Counted from the first letter of the stretch, positions 15,740-23,904 are shown. The stretch: DNA of 24,210 nucleotides from Gemmatimonadota bacterium (GCA_003221005.1 QHTZ01000060.1:1-24210), one strand, 5' to 3'. Numbers and translations are program-made. Notes: generated from the sequence alone by a model not told the origin.

Positions 15740-16629
15740 CCACGCTCCCCGTAGAGGTGCAGTGCGCCCACCGCGCCCCGCTCCGCGCGGAGAGCGCGCG
15801 CCGCCTGACGGTGGTGCTGGCCCTCAGCGTCGGGGTGATGCTCGTGGAGGCGGTCGGCGGCTACCTCGCCCACTCCCTCGCCCTGCTTGCCGACGCGGGG
15901 CACATGCTGGCCGACGCGGCGGCCATCGGCATGTCGGTGGGGGTCGCGTACCTCGCCCAGCGGCCGGCCACGCCGGAGCGGTCGTTCGGATTGGTGCGGC
16001 TCGAGATCCTCGCCGCCCTCGTCAACGGTGCCTTCCTCATTGTGATCGCGCTCGGCATCGGGCTCGAGGCCTACCGGCGGCTGCGGACACCGCCGGAAGT
16101 CCACGCGGGCTTGATGCTCACGGTGGCGGCCCTCGGCCTCGCCGTGAACGTGGCGAGCGCCGCGCTACTCCACGCCGGTCACGAGCACTCCCTCAACCAG
16201 CGCGGCGCCTACCTGCACGTGCTGAGCGACGCGCTCGGCGCGCTGGGCGCGCTCGTGGCGGCGGGCATCATCCTGGTGACGGGCCGCACCATCGCCGACC
16301 CGGCCATCTCCGTCCTGATCGCGCTCCTGATCCTGCGCGGCGCGTGGCGCCTCACCCGGGAGAGCGTCGAGATCCTGCTCGAGTCGACCCCCGCGCACAT
16401 CTCGCTGCCCGACGTTCACGGTCGTATTGCGTCCCTTCCGGGCGTGACGTCGGTGCACGACCTTCACGTATGGACGGTTACGAGCGGCGTGGTGGCGATG
16501 AGCGGGCACCTCGTGGTCGCGAACCCGGCCGACAACCAGCGTATCCTCGAGGCCGTGCAGGGACGCATGGAGGACCTGGGGATCCGGCACGTGACGGTGC
16601 AGATGGAGAAGGATCAGACGTGTGATTAG
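15736..16629 (+). CDS. Cation diffusion facilitator (ZitB/CzcD-like Zn2+ exporter), 297 aa
   Basis: GTG 15736 overlaps the hisD stop. 'SLALLADAGHMLAD', 'SFG..RLEILAALVN', 'HEHSLNQRGAYLHVLSD', 'VHDLHVW', 'HVTVQME'. HxxxD/HxxxD transport site. Confidence 0.93.
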   Translation: MTTLPVEVQCAHRAPLRAESARRLTVVLALSVGVMLVEAVGGYLAHSLALLADAGHMLADAAAIGMSVGVAYLAQRPATPERSFGLVRLEILAALVNGAFLIVIALGIGLEAYRRLRTPPEVHAGLMLTVAALGLAVNVASAALLHAGHEHSLNQRGAYLHVLSDALGALGALVAAGIILVTGRTIADPAISVLIALLILRGAWRLTRESVEILLESTPAHISLPDVHGRIASLPGVTSVHDLHVWTVTSGVVAMSGHLVVANPADNQRILEAVQGRMEDLGIRHVTVQMEKDQTCD

Positions 16630-16634
16630 GCCCC

Positions 16635-16664
16635 TTGACCGCCCCTGACCGCCTCTCCTATACT
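16635..16664 (+). promoter_or_regulatory. Sigma-70-type promoter for typA
   Basis: TTGACC (16635-40), 18-bp spacer, TATACT (16659-64), 39 nt upstream of the TTG start. Confidence 0.7.
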
Positions 16665-16703
16665 CTGGCCCTCGAGTTGACCGCCCTCTAGGACGCGCCT
16701 CCC

Positions 16704-18551
16704 TTGCAGCTCCGCAATATCGCGATCATCGCCCACGTCGACCACGGCAAGACTACGCTCGTGGATCAGATGCTGCGCCAGGCGGGCGTGTTCCGCGCCA
16801 ACCAGCCGGTCGGCGAGCGCGTGCTCGACTCGAACCCGCTCGAGCGCGAGCGCGGGATCACCATCCTGTCGAAGAATGCCGCGGTGCGCTGGGGCGATAC
16901 CAAGATCAACATCGTCGACACGCCCGGGCACGCCGACTTCGGCGGCGAAGTCGAGCGGATCCTCCGGATGGTGGACGGGTTCCTCTTGCTCGTGGACGCC
17001 GCCGAAGGGCCGATGCCGCAGACGCGGTTCGTGGCCGGCAAGGCGCTCGCCCTCGGTCTGCGGCCCATCGTGGTCGTGAACAAGATCGACCGCGCCGACG
17101 CCGAGCCGCTCCGGGTGCACGACGAAGTGCTGGAGCTGCTGCTCGACCTCGAAGCGTCCGCCGAGCAGTTCAGCTGTCCGTTCCTGTACGCGTCCAGCCG
17201 CCACGGGATCGCGACGCGCGACCTTGCCGTCCCCGGGACGGACCTCCGGCCGCTGTTCGACACCATTCTCGAGACCATCCCCGCGCCGACCGGTGACCCG
17301 GACGGGCCGTTCCAGATGCTCATCTCCACCCTCGACTATTCCTCGTATCTCGGCCGGATCGGGATCGGGCGTATCGAGCGCGGCCGCGCGCGGGTCGGAG
17401 AGCGGGTGGCGCTGCTGCCGCTGGGCGAGCCGGGCCTCGTCTTCGAGGGGCTATATGAGGAAGGCAAGGTGGCGAAGCTGTTCGCCTTCGAGGGCGTGGA
17501 GCGGGTGGAGGTGGAGGAGGCGGCGGCGGGGGAGATCGTGGCCTTGGCGGGGCTCGAGAAGGTGGAGGTCGGCAAGACGGTGACGGCGCTCACCGCCGCC
17601 GAGCGGCTCGCGGGGATAGCCGTAGAGGAGCCGACGATCTCGGTGGATTTCCTGGTCAACAACTCGCCGTTCGCCGGCCGGGAGGGCAAGTTCGTCACCG
17701 GGAGGCAGCTACGGGAGCGGCTGTACCGCGAGGTAGAGCGCAACGTCGCGCTGCGGGTCGAGGACACCGACACGCCCTACGCCTTCACCGTGTCCGGGCG
17801 GGGCGAGCTGCATCTCGGCATCCTCATGGAGACGATGCGGCGGGAGGGGTACGAGTTCCAGATCAGCCGGCCGCGGATCATTCCGCGCGAGGGGCCGAAC
17901 GGCGAGCAGCTGGAGCCGTACGAGGAGCTGATGATCGACTGCCCCGAGGGATACCTCGGCGTGGTCATGGAGAAGCTGGGGCCGCGCCGTGCCGCGCTCC
18001 TGGATATGAAGAACCCGGGGCAGGGGACGGTGCGGATGCGCTTCAAGATCCCGGCCCGCGGGCTGCTTGGCTACAGGTCCGAGTTCTTGACGGATACCCG
18101 GGGGAACGGAATCATGCATCACCGGTTCTACGAGTACGGCCCCTGGGGGGGCCCGATCTCGGGGCGGAGCCGGGGTGTGCTGGTGGCGGATCGGGAGGGG
18201 GTAGCGGTAGCCTATGCGCTATTCAATCTGCAGGAGCGGGGCACGCTGTTCGTGCGGCCCGGCGACCCCGTGTACGAGGGGATGATCGTGGGGGAGAGCG
18301 CGCGTCCCGATGACATCGACGTGAACGCGGCGAAGGAGAAACGGCTCACGAACATGCGGACGACCGCATCGGATGAGATGATCATTCTCGAGCCGGCGCG
18401 GCTCATCACGCTCGAGCTGGCGCTCGAGTACATCGAGGATGACGAGTTGATCGAAGTGACGCCGTCGTCGCTCCGGCTGCGCAAGCGCGCGCTGGGTGCG
18501 ACGGAGCGCCGCAAGCTGGCCCGGAATGCCCGGGCGGAAGCCGAACCGTAG
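16704..18551 (+). CDS. typA: Translational GTPase TypA/BipA
   Basis: 'RNIAIIAHVDHGKTTLVD', 'ERERGITIL.K', 'DTPGHADFGGEVER', 'NKIDR', 'VSGRGELHL.IL.ETMRREG', 'LTNMR', 'DELIEVTP.S.RLRK'. Confidence 0.98.
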   Translation: MQLRNIAIIAHVDHGKTTLVDQMLRQAGVFRANQPVGERVLDSNPLERERGITILSKNAAVRWGDTKINIVDTPGHADFGGEVERILRMVDGFLLLVDAAEGPMPQTRFVAGKALALGLRPIVVVNKIDRADAEPLRVHDEVLELLLDLEASAEQFSCPFLYASSRHGIATRDLAVPGTDLRPLFDTILETIPAPTGDPDGPFQMLISTLDYSSYLGRIGIGRIERGRARVGERVALLPLGEPGLVFEGLYEEGKVAKLFAFEGVERVEVEEAAAGEIVALAGLEKVEVGKTVTALTAAERLAGIAVEEPTISVDFLVNNSPFAGREGKFVTGRQLRERLYREVERNVALRVEDTDTPYAFTVSGRGELHLGILMETMRREGYEFQISRPRIIPREGPNGEQLEPYEELMIDCPEGYLGVVMEKLGPRRAALLDMKNPGQGTVRMRFKIPARGLLGYRSEFLTDTRGNGIMHHRFYEYGPWGGPISGRSRGVLVADREGVAVAYALFNLQERGTLFVRPGDPVYEGMIVGESARPDDIDVNAAKEKRLTNMRTTASDEMIILEPARLITLELALEYIEDDELIEVTPSSLRLRKRALGATERRKLARNARAEAEP

Positions 18552-18586
18552 GGCTCGTTCAACCGCAACCTTAGCTGGGGGTGAAA

Positions 18587-18835
18587 ATGTTGTCCCGTGA
18601 CACGTCGGACTGGTCGCTCAAGCGTCGCAGCGACAGTCTCGACGAAGAGGATTTCGGGGAATTCGAAGAGGACAAGGACCTCGACGAAGACTTCGATGAC
18701 GAGCTGGACGAGGACGAGCTCGAGGACGAGGACGAGGACGACCTCGACGAGTACGACGACCTCGACGACGAGTTCGACGATGAGGAGGAAGGGGAATTCC
18801 GCCCGCGGAAGGGTCCGCGGCGGGAGTGGGAGTAA
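18587..18835 (+). CDS. Small, extremely acidic hypothetical protein (82 aa, about 44 Asp/Glu)
   Basis: ATG 18587 is preceded by GGGGGTG (GTG 18581 is an alternative start). GAC/GAG-dominated codons fit the genome's GC3 bias; same strand as typA and 35 nt downstream of it. Confidence 0.7.
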   Translation: MLSRDTSDWSLKRRSDSLDEEDFGEFEEDKDLDEDFDDELDEDELEDEDEDDLDEYDDLDDEFDDEEEGEFRPRKGPRREWE

Positions 18836-18850
18836 GGAGCCTGGGTACAC

Positions 18851-18914
18851 GACGCCAAGACGCCACGTTGCGCGAAGGCGCCGGACACTACGTCTAACGT
18901 GGCGTCGTGGCGTC
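18851..18914. repeat. Palindromic (GACGCCAC)2 element, copy 2, at the acidic-ORF><GT2 convergent junction
   Basis: GACGCCAAGACGCCACGTT (18851-69), 26-nt spacer, AACGTGGCGTCGTGGCGTC (18896-914); 19-bp arms with 1 mismatch. Confidence 0.85.
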
Positions 18915-18961
18915 TTGCAACGGTGAGGGCCGGTGCTAGAGAGGGCACCGGCCCTTTGCCT

Positions 18962-19687
18962 TCAGGAGCCGCGCGGTGCGCCGCGGCCCAGCTCCCAGAG
19001 ATAGGCGTACTTGAGAAAGCAGGAGTACGCTGTGAGCGTAGAGGTGAGGAGTCCGAACCCGCCGTCGAGCCAGCTGCCGTATCCCAGGTAGTCCCGCCAG
19101 AACCGCCACAGGGGGCGGACGCCGAGCTCCCACAGCCGCGCCCGGCGACCGCGCGCGTGGAGGTCCTGGGCGCCCCACTGGGCGTACAGGAGCATCTTGT
19201 CGAGCTGGTGTCTCAAGTTGCGATAGGGCGCATGCCGCAGCGTAGCGTGGAGCGTGCCCGCGTCGCGGACCGGCTCGAGCCGCTCGTGCACGCGGTCGAG
19301 GAGAAAGCGGCGCTCCCGCGTGAACAGCCGCACCTGCCAGTCGCGGCCCCAGCGGCCGCGGCGGCGCTCCCGTCCCAGAAAGAAGTTCTCGCGCCGCACG
19401 CGGTAGGCGGGGTGAGGAGGGTCCCGGAGCACCCACCGCAGCTGCTCCACCAGGGCGTTGCTGACGCGCTCATCGGCGTCGAGCGCGAACACCCATGCGT
19501 TCCGGGCGGCCGCGATCGCGCGGTTGCGCTGGGCGGCGATGGTGGAGCCCGCCCGCTCGAGGACCGTGGCTCCCTGCGCTCGGGCGATGGCGCCCGTGCC
19601 GTCGGTCGAGCCCCCGCCGGCGACGATCACTTCGTCGGCCCAGTGCAGCGAGCCGAGCAGGTCCGACAGCTGTTGAGGGGCGCCCAT
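18962..19687 (-). CDS. GT2 glycosyltransferase (WaaE/KdtX-like), N-terminus apparently damaged; possible pseudogene
   Basis: 'WADEVIVAGGGSTDGT', 'AAQRNRA', 'WVFALDADE', 'VHE', 'GSWLDG..G'. The usual first strand (hydrophobic-I-P/T-x-N-E) is not encoded upstream. The start is uncertain (ATG 19687 or GTG 19729). Confidence 0.75.
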   Translation of the reverse strand: MGAPQQLSDLLGSLHWADEVIVAGGGSTDGTGAIARAQGATVLERAGSTIAAQRNRAIAAARNAWVFALDADERVSNALVEQLRWVLRDPPHPAYRVRRENFFLGRERRRGRWGRDWQVRLFTRERRFLLDRVHERLEPVRDAGTLHATLRHAPYRNLRHQLDKMLLYAQWGAQDLHARGRRARLWELGVRPLWRFWRDYLGYGSWLDGGFGLLTSTLTAYSCFLKYAYLWELGRGAPRGS

Positions 19688-19768
19688 CTGCGATTGGGTA
19701 CGCTCGGCGCGCGGTGCGCGTTGGCGCACCTCGGCTTGCGTCTACGACGCGTTCATTTTCGAACCGGC

Positions 19769-22081
19769 TTATGCCTGGGCTGCCTCGCGGAGGAGATCGC
19801 GAACTGTCGCGAGGAGGTCATTCAAGGCCAGCGGCTTCGGCAGGGTGCGCGCAGCGCCGAAGGCTGCCGCCGCCTTGAGCATGTCGAGATGTCCCTTCTG
19901 GCCCCCACCGGACATGGCGACGATCTTCGGCTGCCGAGCGTCGGCCCGCAGGTCACGAATGAACTCCAGGCCGTCCCGCTCGGGCATGTAGATGTCCAGC
20001 ACGACGACGTCGGCCCCGCGCTCACGGTACAGGCGCAGGCCGGCCGCGCCGTCCGCCGCTGCAAGCACTTCGTACCCGGCCTGTTCGAGAGCCCGGCGGA
20101 CGGCGCCACGGAGATCCGCATCGTCATCAATCACCAAAACGCGCGCGCGCGAAGGAGTGGAACTTCCCTCCGTCCGTGGCGCGTCGAGCACTTCGCGCAC
20201 CTTTCGCGCCAGGCCGTCCGGCGTGAACGGCTTCTGCAGATACGCGATGCCAGGCTCGAGGATGCCGTGCCGCACGACGGCATCGTCCGTATACCCGGAC
20301 ACGAAGAGCACCCGCATTTCCGGCCGCAGCTTGGTCAACCGGTCTGCCAGCTCGCGCCCGCTCAGCCCGGGCATGACTACATCGGTTACGAGCAAGCGAA
20401 TCGGTCCCTGGTGCTTCTCGGCGATGCGGAGCGCCGCTGCGACGTCCGGCACCTCGAGGACGGCGTACCCCTGACGCTCGAGCACTTGGCGGGTGACGAC
20501 CCGTACCGCCGGCGCGTCCTCGACGAGCAGAATCGTTTCTGCTCCGCGGGGGAGCGGTGGAGGCGAGCCCCGCAGCGTCAGTGGCTCCGCGGTCTCGTTC
20601 ACCCGCGGGAGGTAGATCTTGAAGGTCGTGCCACGCCCCGGCTCAGAGTACACCCAGACGAACCCCCCCGACTGCTTGACGATCCCATAGACCGTCGCGA
20701 GACCGAGCCCTGTGCCCTTACCCACGTCCTTGGTCGTGAAAAACGGCTCGAAGATCCTGCCCTTGGTCGCCTCGTCCATGCCCAGGCCGGTGTCGCTGAC
20801 GGCGAGCATCGCAAATTGACCCGCGGCAGCCGCGTGGTGGGTGCGCGCGTACTCCGCGTCGAGCTCGACGTTGGTGGTCTCGATGGTGAGCTTGCCTCCC
20901 GTGGGCATCGCATCCCGAGCGTTGGCGCTCAAGTTCATCAGGATCTGCTCGAGCTGGCCGACGTCGGCCTTGATCGCGCACACGTTGGGGGCCAGCACCG
21001 TCACGAGGTCTACATCTTCCCCGACGAGACGCTGCAGCATCTTCTCCACGCCGTGGACGACGTCGTTCAGGTTCACGACCTTGGGCTCGAGCACCTGCTG
21101 ACGACTGAACGCCAAGAGCTGGCGGGTCAGGCCGGCGGCACCCTCGGCCGCCTTGCGCACCTGTTCTACGTCCTCCCGCTTCGGATCATCCGCGGTCAGG
21201 TCTTGCAGCAGCAGGTCACTGTAGCTCGTGATCACGGTGAGCAGGTTGTTGAAGTCGTGCGCGATCCCGCCTGCCAGTCGCCCGACCGCCTCCATTTTCT
21301 GCGCCTGCGCGAGCTGCCGTTGGAGGCTGCGCTGCTCCGTGACGTCACGGACAAAGGTTTCGTAGTACTCGACCTCGCGCGCGGCCTTCCGCACGGCCCG
21401 GACACTGAGCTGCACGGTCAGGAGCCGGCCATCCTGGCGCTTCCAGTTCGCCTCCACCTCGTCGTATTCGCTGTCGCTATAGGTGTCCCGCTCCAGGAGA
21501 CGTTGGCGCTCGGCGGGGTCGGTGTACACGTCGCGCGCCAGGTCGAGCCCCAGCACGTCCGCGACCGAGGCGTAGCCGAGCAGGCGTACCAAGGCGGCAT
21601 TCGCCGACAGGAACCGACCCTCCGGGGTGGAGCGGTAGATGCCGATCGGGGCGCGGTCCACCAGGGCTTTGAACCCGGCCTCGGTCACGCGCGATGCCGC
21701 TCGTCCCTTGGCCTCGCGCAACTCGCGCTCGATCGCTGGGAGGAGGCGCTTCAACTGCCCTTTGGTGACCCAGTCGCTCGCGCCCGCCTTCATGGCGGCC
21801 ACGGCCAGCTCCTCCGTGATGGTGCCGGAGACACAAATGAAGGGGACGTCGAGGCCGCGCTCGCGCACCAGAGCCAGCGCCTCGCTCCCGCTGAAATGCG
21901 GCATGCTGTGGTCGGCGATCACGAGATCCCAGGTCTGGCGGTCGAGCGCAGCCGCCATTGCGGCGGCGGTCGCCACCCGCTCATAGGTGGGATCGTACCC
22001 GCCGCGCTTGAGCTCGCGCACCAGTAACAGCGCGTCGTCCTCTGAGTCTTCGGCGATCAGGACTCGCAGGGGGACAGTCAC
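19769..22081 (-). CDS. Cytoplasmic hybrid sensor histidine kinase REC-PAS-HisKA-HATPase-REC-REC (CckA-like core)
   Basis: REC1 'VLIAEDS...[10 protein letters not shown]'; PAS '[20 protein letters not shown]'; H-box '[15 protein letters not shown]'; 'NARDAM', 'DTG.GM', '[16 protein letters not shown]'; REC2 'LLVTDVVMP'; REC3 'VVLDIYMP'. GGAG SD; no TM segments. Confidence 0.95.
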   Translation of the reverse strand: MTVPLRVLIAEDSEDDALLLVRELKRGGYDPTYERVATAAAMAAALDRQTWDLVIADHSMPHFSGSEALALVRERGLDVPFICVSGTITEELAVAAMKAGASDWVTKGQLKRLLPAIERELREAKGRAASRVTEAGFKALVDRAPIGIYRSTPEGRFLSANAALVRLLGYASVADVLGLDLARDVYTDPAERQRLLERDTYSDSEYDEVEANWKRQDGRLLTVQLSVRAVRKAAREVEYYETFVRDVTEQRSLQRQLAQAQKMEAVGRLAGGIAHDFNNLLTVITSYSDLLLQDLTADDPKREDVEQVRKAAEGAAGLTRQLLAFSRQQVLEPKVVNLNDVVHGVEKMLQRLVGEDVDLVTVLAPNVCAIKADVGQLEQILMNLSANARDAMPTGGKLTIETTNVELDAEYARTHHAAAAGQFAMLAVSDTGLGMDEATKGRIFEPFFTTKDVGKGTGLGLATVYGIVKQSGGFVWVYSEPGRGTTFKIYLPRVNETAEPLTLRGSPPPLPRGAETILLVEDAPAVRVVTRQVLERQGYAVLEVPDVAAALRIAEKHQGPIRLLVTDVVMPGLSGRELADRLTKLRPEMRVLFVSGYTDDAVVRHGILEPGIAYLQKPFTPDGLARKVREVLDAPRTEGSSTPSRARVLVIDDDADLRGAVRRALEQAGYEVLAAADGAAGLRLYRERGADVVVLDIYMPERDGLEFIRDLRADARQPKIVAMSGGGQKGHLDMLKAAAAFGAARTLPKPLALNDLLATVRDLLREAAQA

Positions 22082-22271
22082 GCTCGTTCTCCGTCAGGGA
22101 TTGGCTGCGGTCGTGGACATGGACGCCCCCGGGCCCTGGGGGGATGGGGCGGACGCGCCACGTTTGGTCCCACTCCAACAAGATGCTCTTCCTGGGAACA
22201 AGTATCGTGAGCCAAGTCACGCCCCGTTCATCCGGGAAGGGACGTGTTGCGTTCGCGCATCAAGTGTGCCC

Positions 22272-22392
22272 GGCATCCCCGTCACCCTGTGCACGGAGGA
22301 AGTGGCCATGGCCCAGTGACTTGTGGATGCGTACCGCGGTCGGCCGAAACGCCGGAGGCACCAGTACGGGGCTGCACGATGACGGGGATGCC
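22272..22392. repeat. 121-nt element bounded by a perfect 13-bp inverted repeat
   Basis: GGCATCCCCGTCA (22272-84) and TGACGGGGATGCC (22380-92); pairing can extend inward through GTGCA/TGCAC. Confidence 0.75.
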
Positions 22393-22411
22393 CCAGAATT
22401 CTGCGACCGAC

Positions 22412-22765
22412 CTAGAGGCCGCAGATCGTCCAGGTCGGGGAGAGGTGGTCGCTATCGCCGTGCAGCAGGTCGTGCAGCATCTCGTGCTTCACGGTCGCAT
22501 CGAGCTGATGCGAGACGACAAAGGTGACGAGATAGACGTCATGGCGCGGCAGCCATTCGCCCATGATTTGCGGACCGAGCGCCCCGTCGGGCGATTCATA
22601 CCAGCGGACGAGCTCGAACTGACCCTGGGTCCCACTACAAGCTTCGACCTGGGACCACCATGCCGTGTACGCGGAGGGTGGCCGGATCGGTGTACCGACA
22701 CGCGGGGCGGTGATCTCGCGACAGGCGACGAGCGCGATCGCGAGGGCGGGCATGAGGCGCCGCAT
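22412..22765 (-). CDS. Small lipoprotein with HExxH zincin motif (putative mini-metallopeptidase)
   Basis: Signal peptide with lipobox MRRLMPALAIALVA-C; HEMLH at 22486-22472 followed by GDSDH; GAGG SD. Confidence 0.7.
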   Translation of the reverse strand: MRRLMPALAIALVACREITAPRVGTPIRPPSAYTAWWSQVEACSGTQGQFELVRWYESPDGALGPQIMGEWLPRHDVYLVTFVVSHQLDATVKHEMLHDLLHGDSDHLSPTWTICGL

Positions 22766-22875
22766 GCCTCATTCTGGCCTGCGTTTTCGGGACCGGATAG
22801 GGGTACCCGAATGGCTGCCGCGCTCCGCGGCTTCACGGGCAGCTTGTGGTTCGGGGGCTGGCTCTTCGCCATCCA

Positions 22876-23502
22876 TCAAGCCGAGACGCGGAATGGAGGA
22901 TAGCGATCGGTCGTGAGCAGGAACGCATACGCCGCCACCCTGAGCCACCAGCGCAACACGCCGACGACGAAGTCAAAGAGCGAGCGAGGATACCGACCCG
23001 TGAACAGGATCGCGAACCAGGCAACGATGACACAGAAGAACACGGCGATGCCGAGGAAACACAGGACGACGTAATGCGGAATTGCCAGGAACCACTTGAT
23101 CAGCGGGAGCCCCGGATTCAACTCGCGCGTCGCGTCGGGGTACGGAATCTTGACGTGCACGGCCTGCTCGTCGTCTGTCGATGGATACTCGTCCCGCAGC
23201 AACGCAACGTAAGCTGAGACGCGGGTGCCGAACCTCGTCAGCGCCATGTTCCAGTCGAACCACCAGCGGGGGTACTTCTGACGGAAGAGGAGCATGAGCA
23301 CGGTCGCCACAAACAGGATTCCGCCCGACCCGATGACATATTTCTGGGTCGCGGCGCCGGCGGTGGATCCCCCGACGAGTGTCAAGATGATGGCGATGGG
23401 AATGACCGTGAACGGGCGGAAGAAGGTCGTGAGGCGGTTGAGCTCGCGGTCCGGGTACTCGATCTCAAGCGTTGCCGGATACTGCACCGCAACGTTGCGC
23501 AT
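22876..23502 (-). CDS. DUF4389-domain membrane protein
   Basis: Internally duplicated 'LNR....FR.F..IP...LLFRQKYPRWWFD......RF..RV.AY..LLRDEYP' / 'IKWFLAIPHY...WFAILFTGRYPRSLFDFVVGVLRW..RV.AY..LLTTDRYPPF'; AGGAGG SD. Confidence 0.9.
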   Translation of the reverse strand: MRNVAVQYPATLEIEYPDRELNRLTTFFRPFTVIPIAIILTLVGGSTAGAATQKYVIGSGGILFVATVLMLLFRQKYPRWWFDWNMALTRFGTRVSAYVALLRDEYPSTDDEQAVHVKIPYPDATRELNPGLPLIKWFLAIPHYVVLCFLGIAVFFCVIVAWFAILFTGRYPRSLFDFVVGVLRWWLRVAAYAFLLTTDRYPPFRVSA

Positions 23503-23613
23503 CGTTGCTCCTCCTGTAGGTGTCGATGCATCCCGACTGGATTCAGGCCGTCTCGAACCGGCCGCAATTCTCGAGGATAACGATGCGGTGGGTGACCAGG
23601 GGTCGTCCAGGTG

Positions 23614-23871
23614 TTACGCGAGCAGGTTGGCCAGCGCAAACGCCGCGGCAGCCGCCACTCCGCCGATCGCGTAGCCCCCAGCCCCATCGCGATCGACCCG
23701 GCGGCGATCTCCGCCAGGCCCGCCGTGATGACGATCCGAGTCGACTCGACCGCACCCGAGAGCCCCGCAGCGAGCGCGAACGGGACGGTGAGGCCGTCGG
23801 ACATGCCGATCACGATGTCGCGCACAGTGCGGGATCCGGTGAAGTGGCGCTCGATGAGGCGTGGCCGGCAT
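23614..23871 (-). pseudogene. VIT1/CCC1-family iron/manganese transporter pseudogene (two frameshifts plus a large internal deletion)
   Basis: GGAGG SD and ATG 23871 (MPATPH). After a shift it reads 'ERHFTGSRTVRDIVIGMSDGLTVPFALAAGLSGAVESTRIVITAGLAEIAAGSIAMGLG'; after a second shift 'GY' joins directly to the terminal helix 'AIGGVAAAAAFALANLLA*'. Confidence 0.88.
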
Positions 23872-23904
23872 TTGGACCCTCCGTTCCGAGGTAGGCGACA
23901 CGCT

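Noticed and set aside
11449-18914. GACGCCAC elements as a CRISPR array or as the ends of one composite transposon
   Set aside because: Each copy is a self-contained inverted pair rather than direct repeats with spacers. There are no cas or transposase genes, and the DNA between the copies is housekeeping.
18899-22027. 1042-aa + strand ORF
   Set aside because: Antisense shadow of the GT2 and hybrid kinase genes. It has no recognisable domain, and long stop-free antisense frames are expected at this GC content.
22272-22392. Retron msr-msd (a1/a2 inverted repeats), known riboswitch, or selenoprotein mini-ORF
   Set aside because: There is no reverse transcriptase in the window, I could not match riboswitch, SRP or 6S consensus motifs, and the in-frame TGA has no redox-motif context or convincing SECIS.
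22766-22875. Possible integron attC site between the small minus-strand genes
   Set aside because: It contains a GCTGCC...GGCAGC hairpin but no RYYYAAC/GTTRRRY core pair, and there is no integrase.
22244-22903. 219-aa + strand ORF
   Set aside because: Antisense to the HExxH lipoprotein, which has the SD, lipobox and catalytic motif.
23382-23825. 147-aa ORF as an intact VIT1 protein
   Set aside because: Only the first ~50 aa are VIT1-like; after the frameshift it reads non-homologous sequence and runs into DUF4389.
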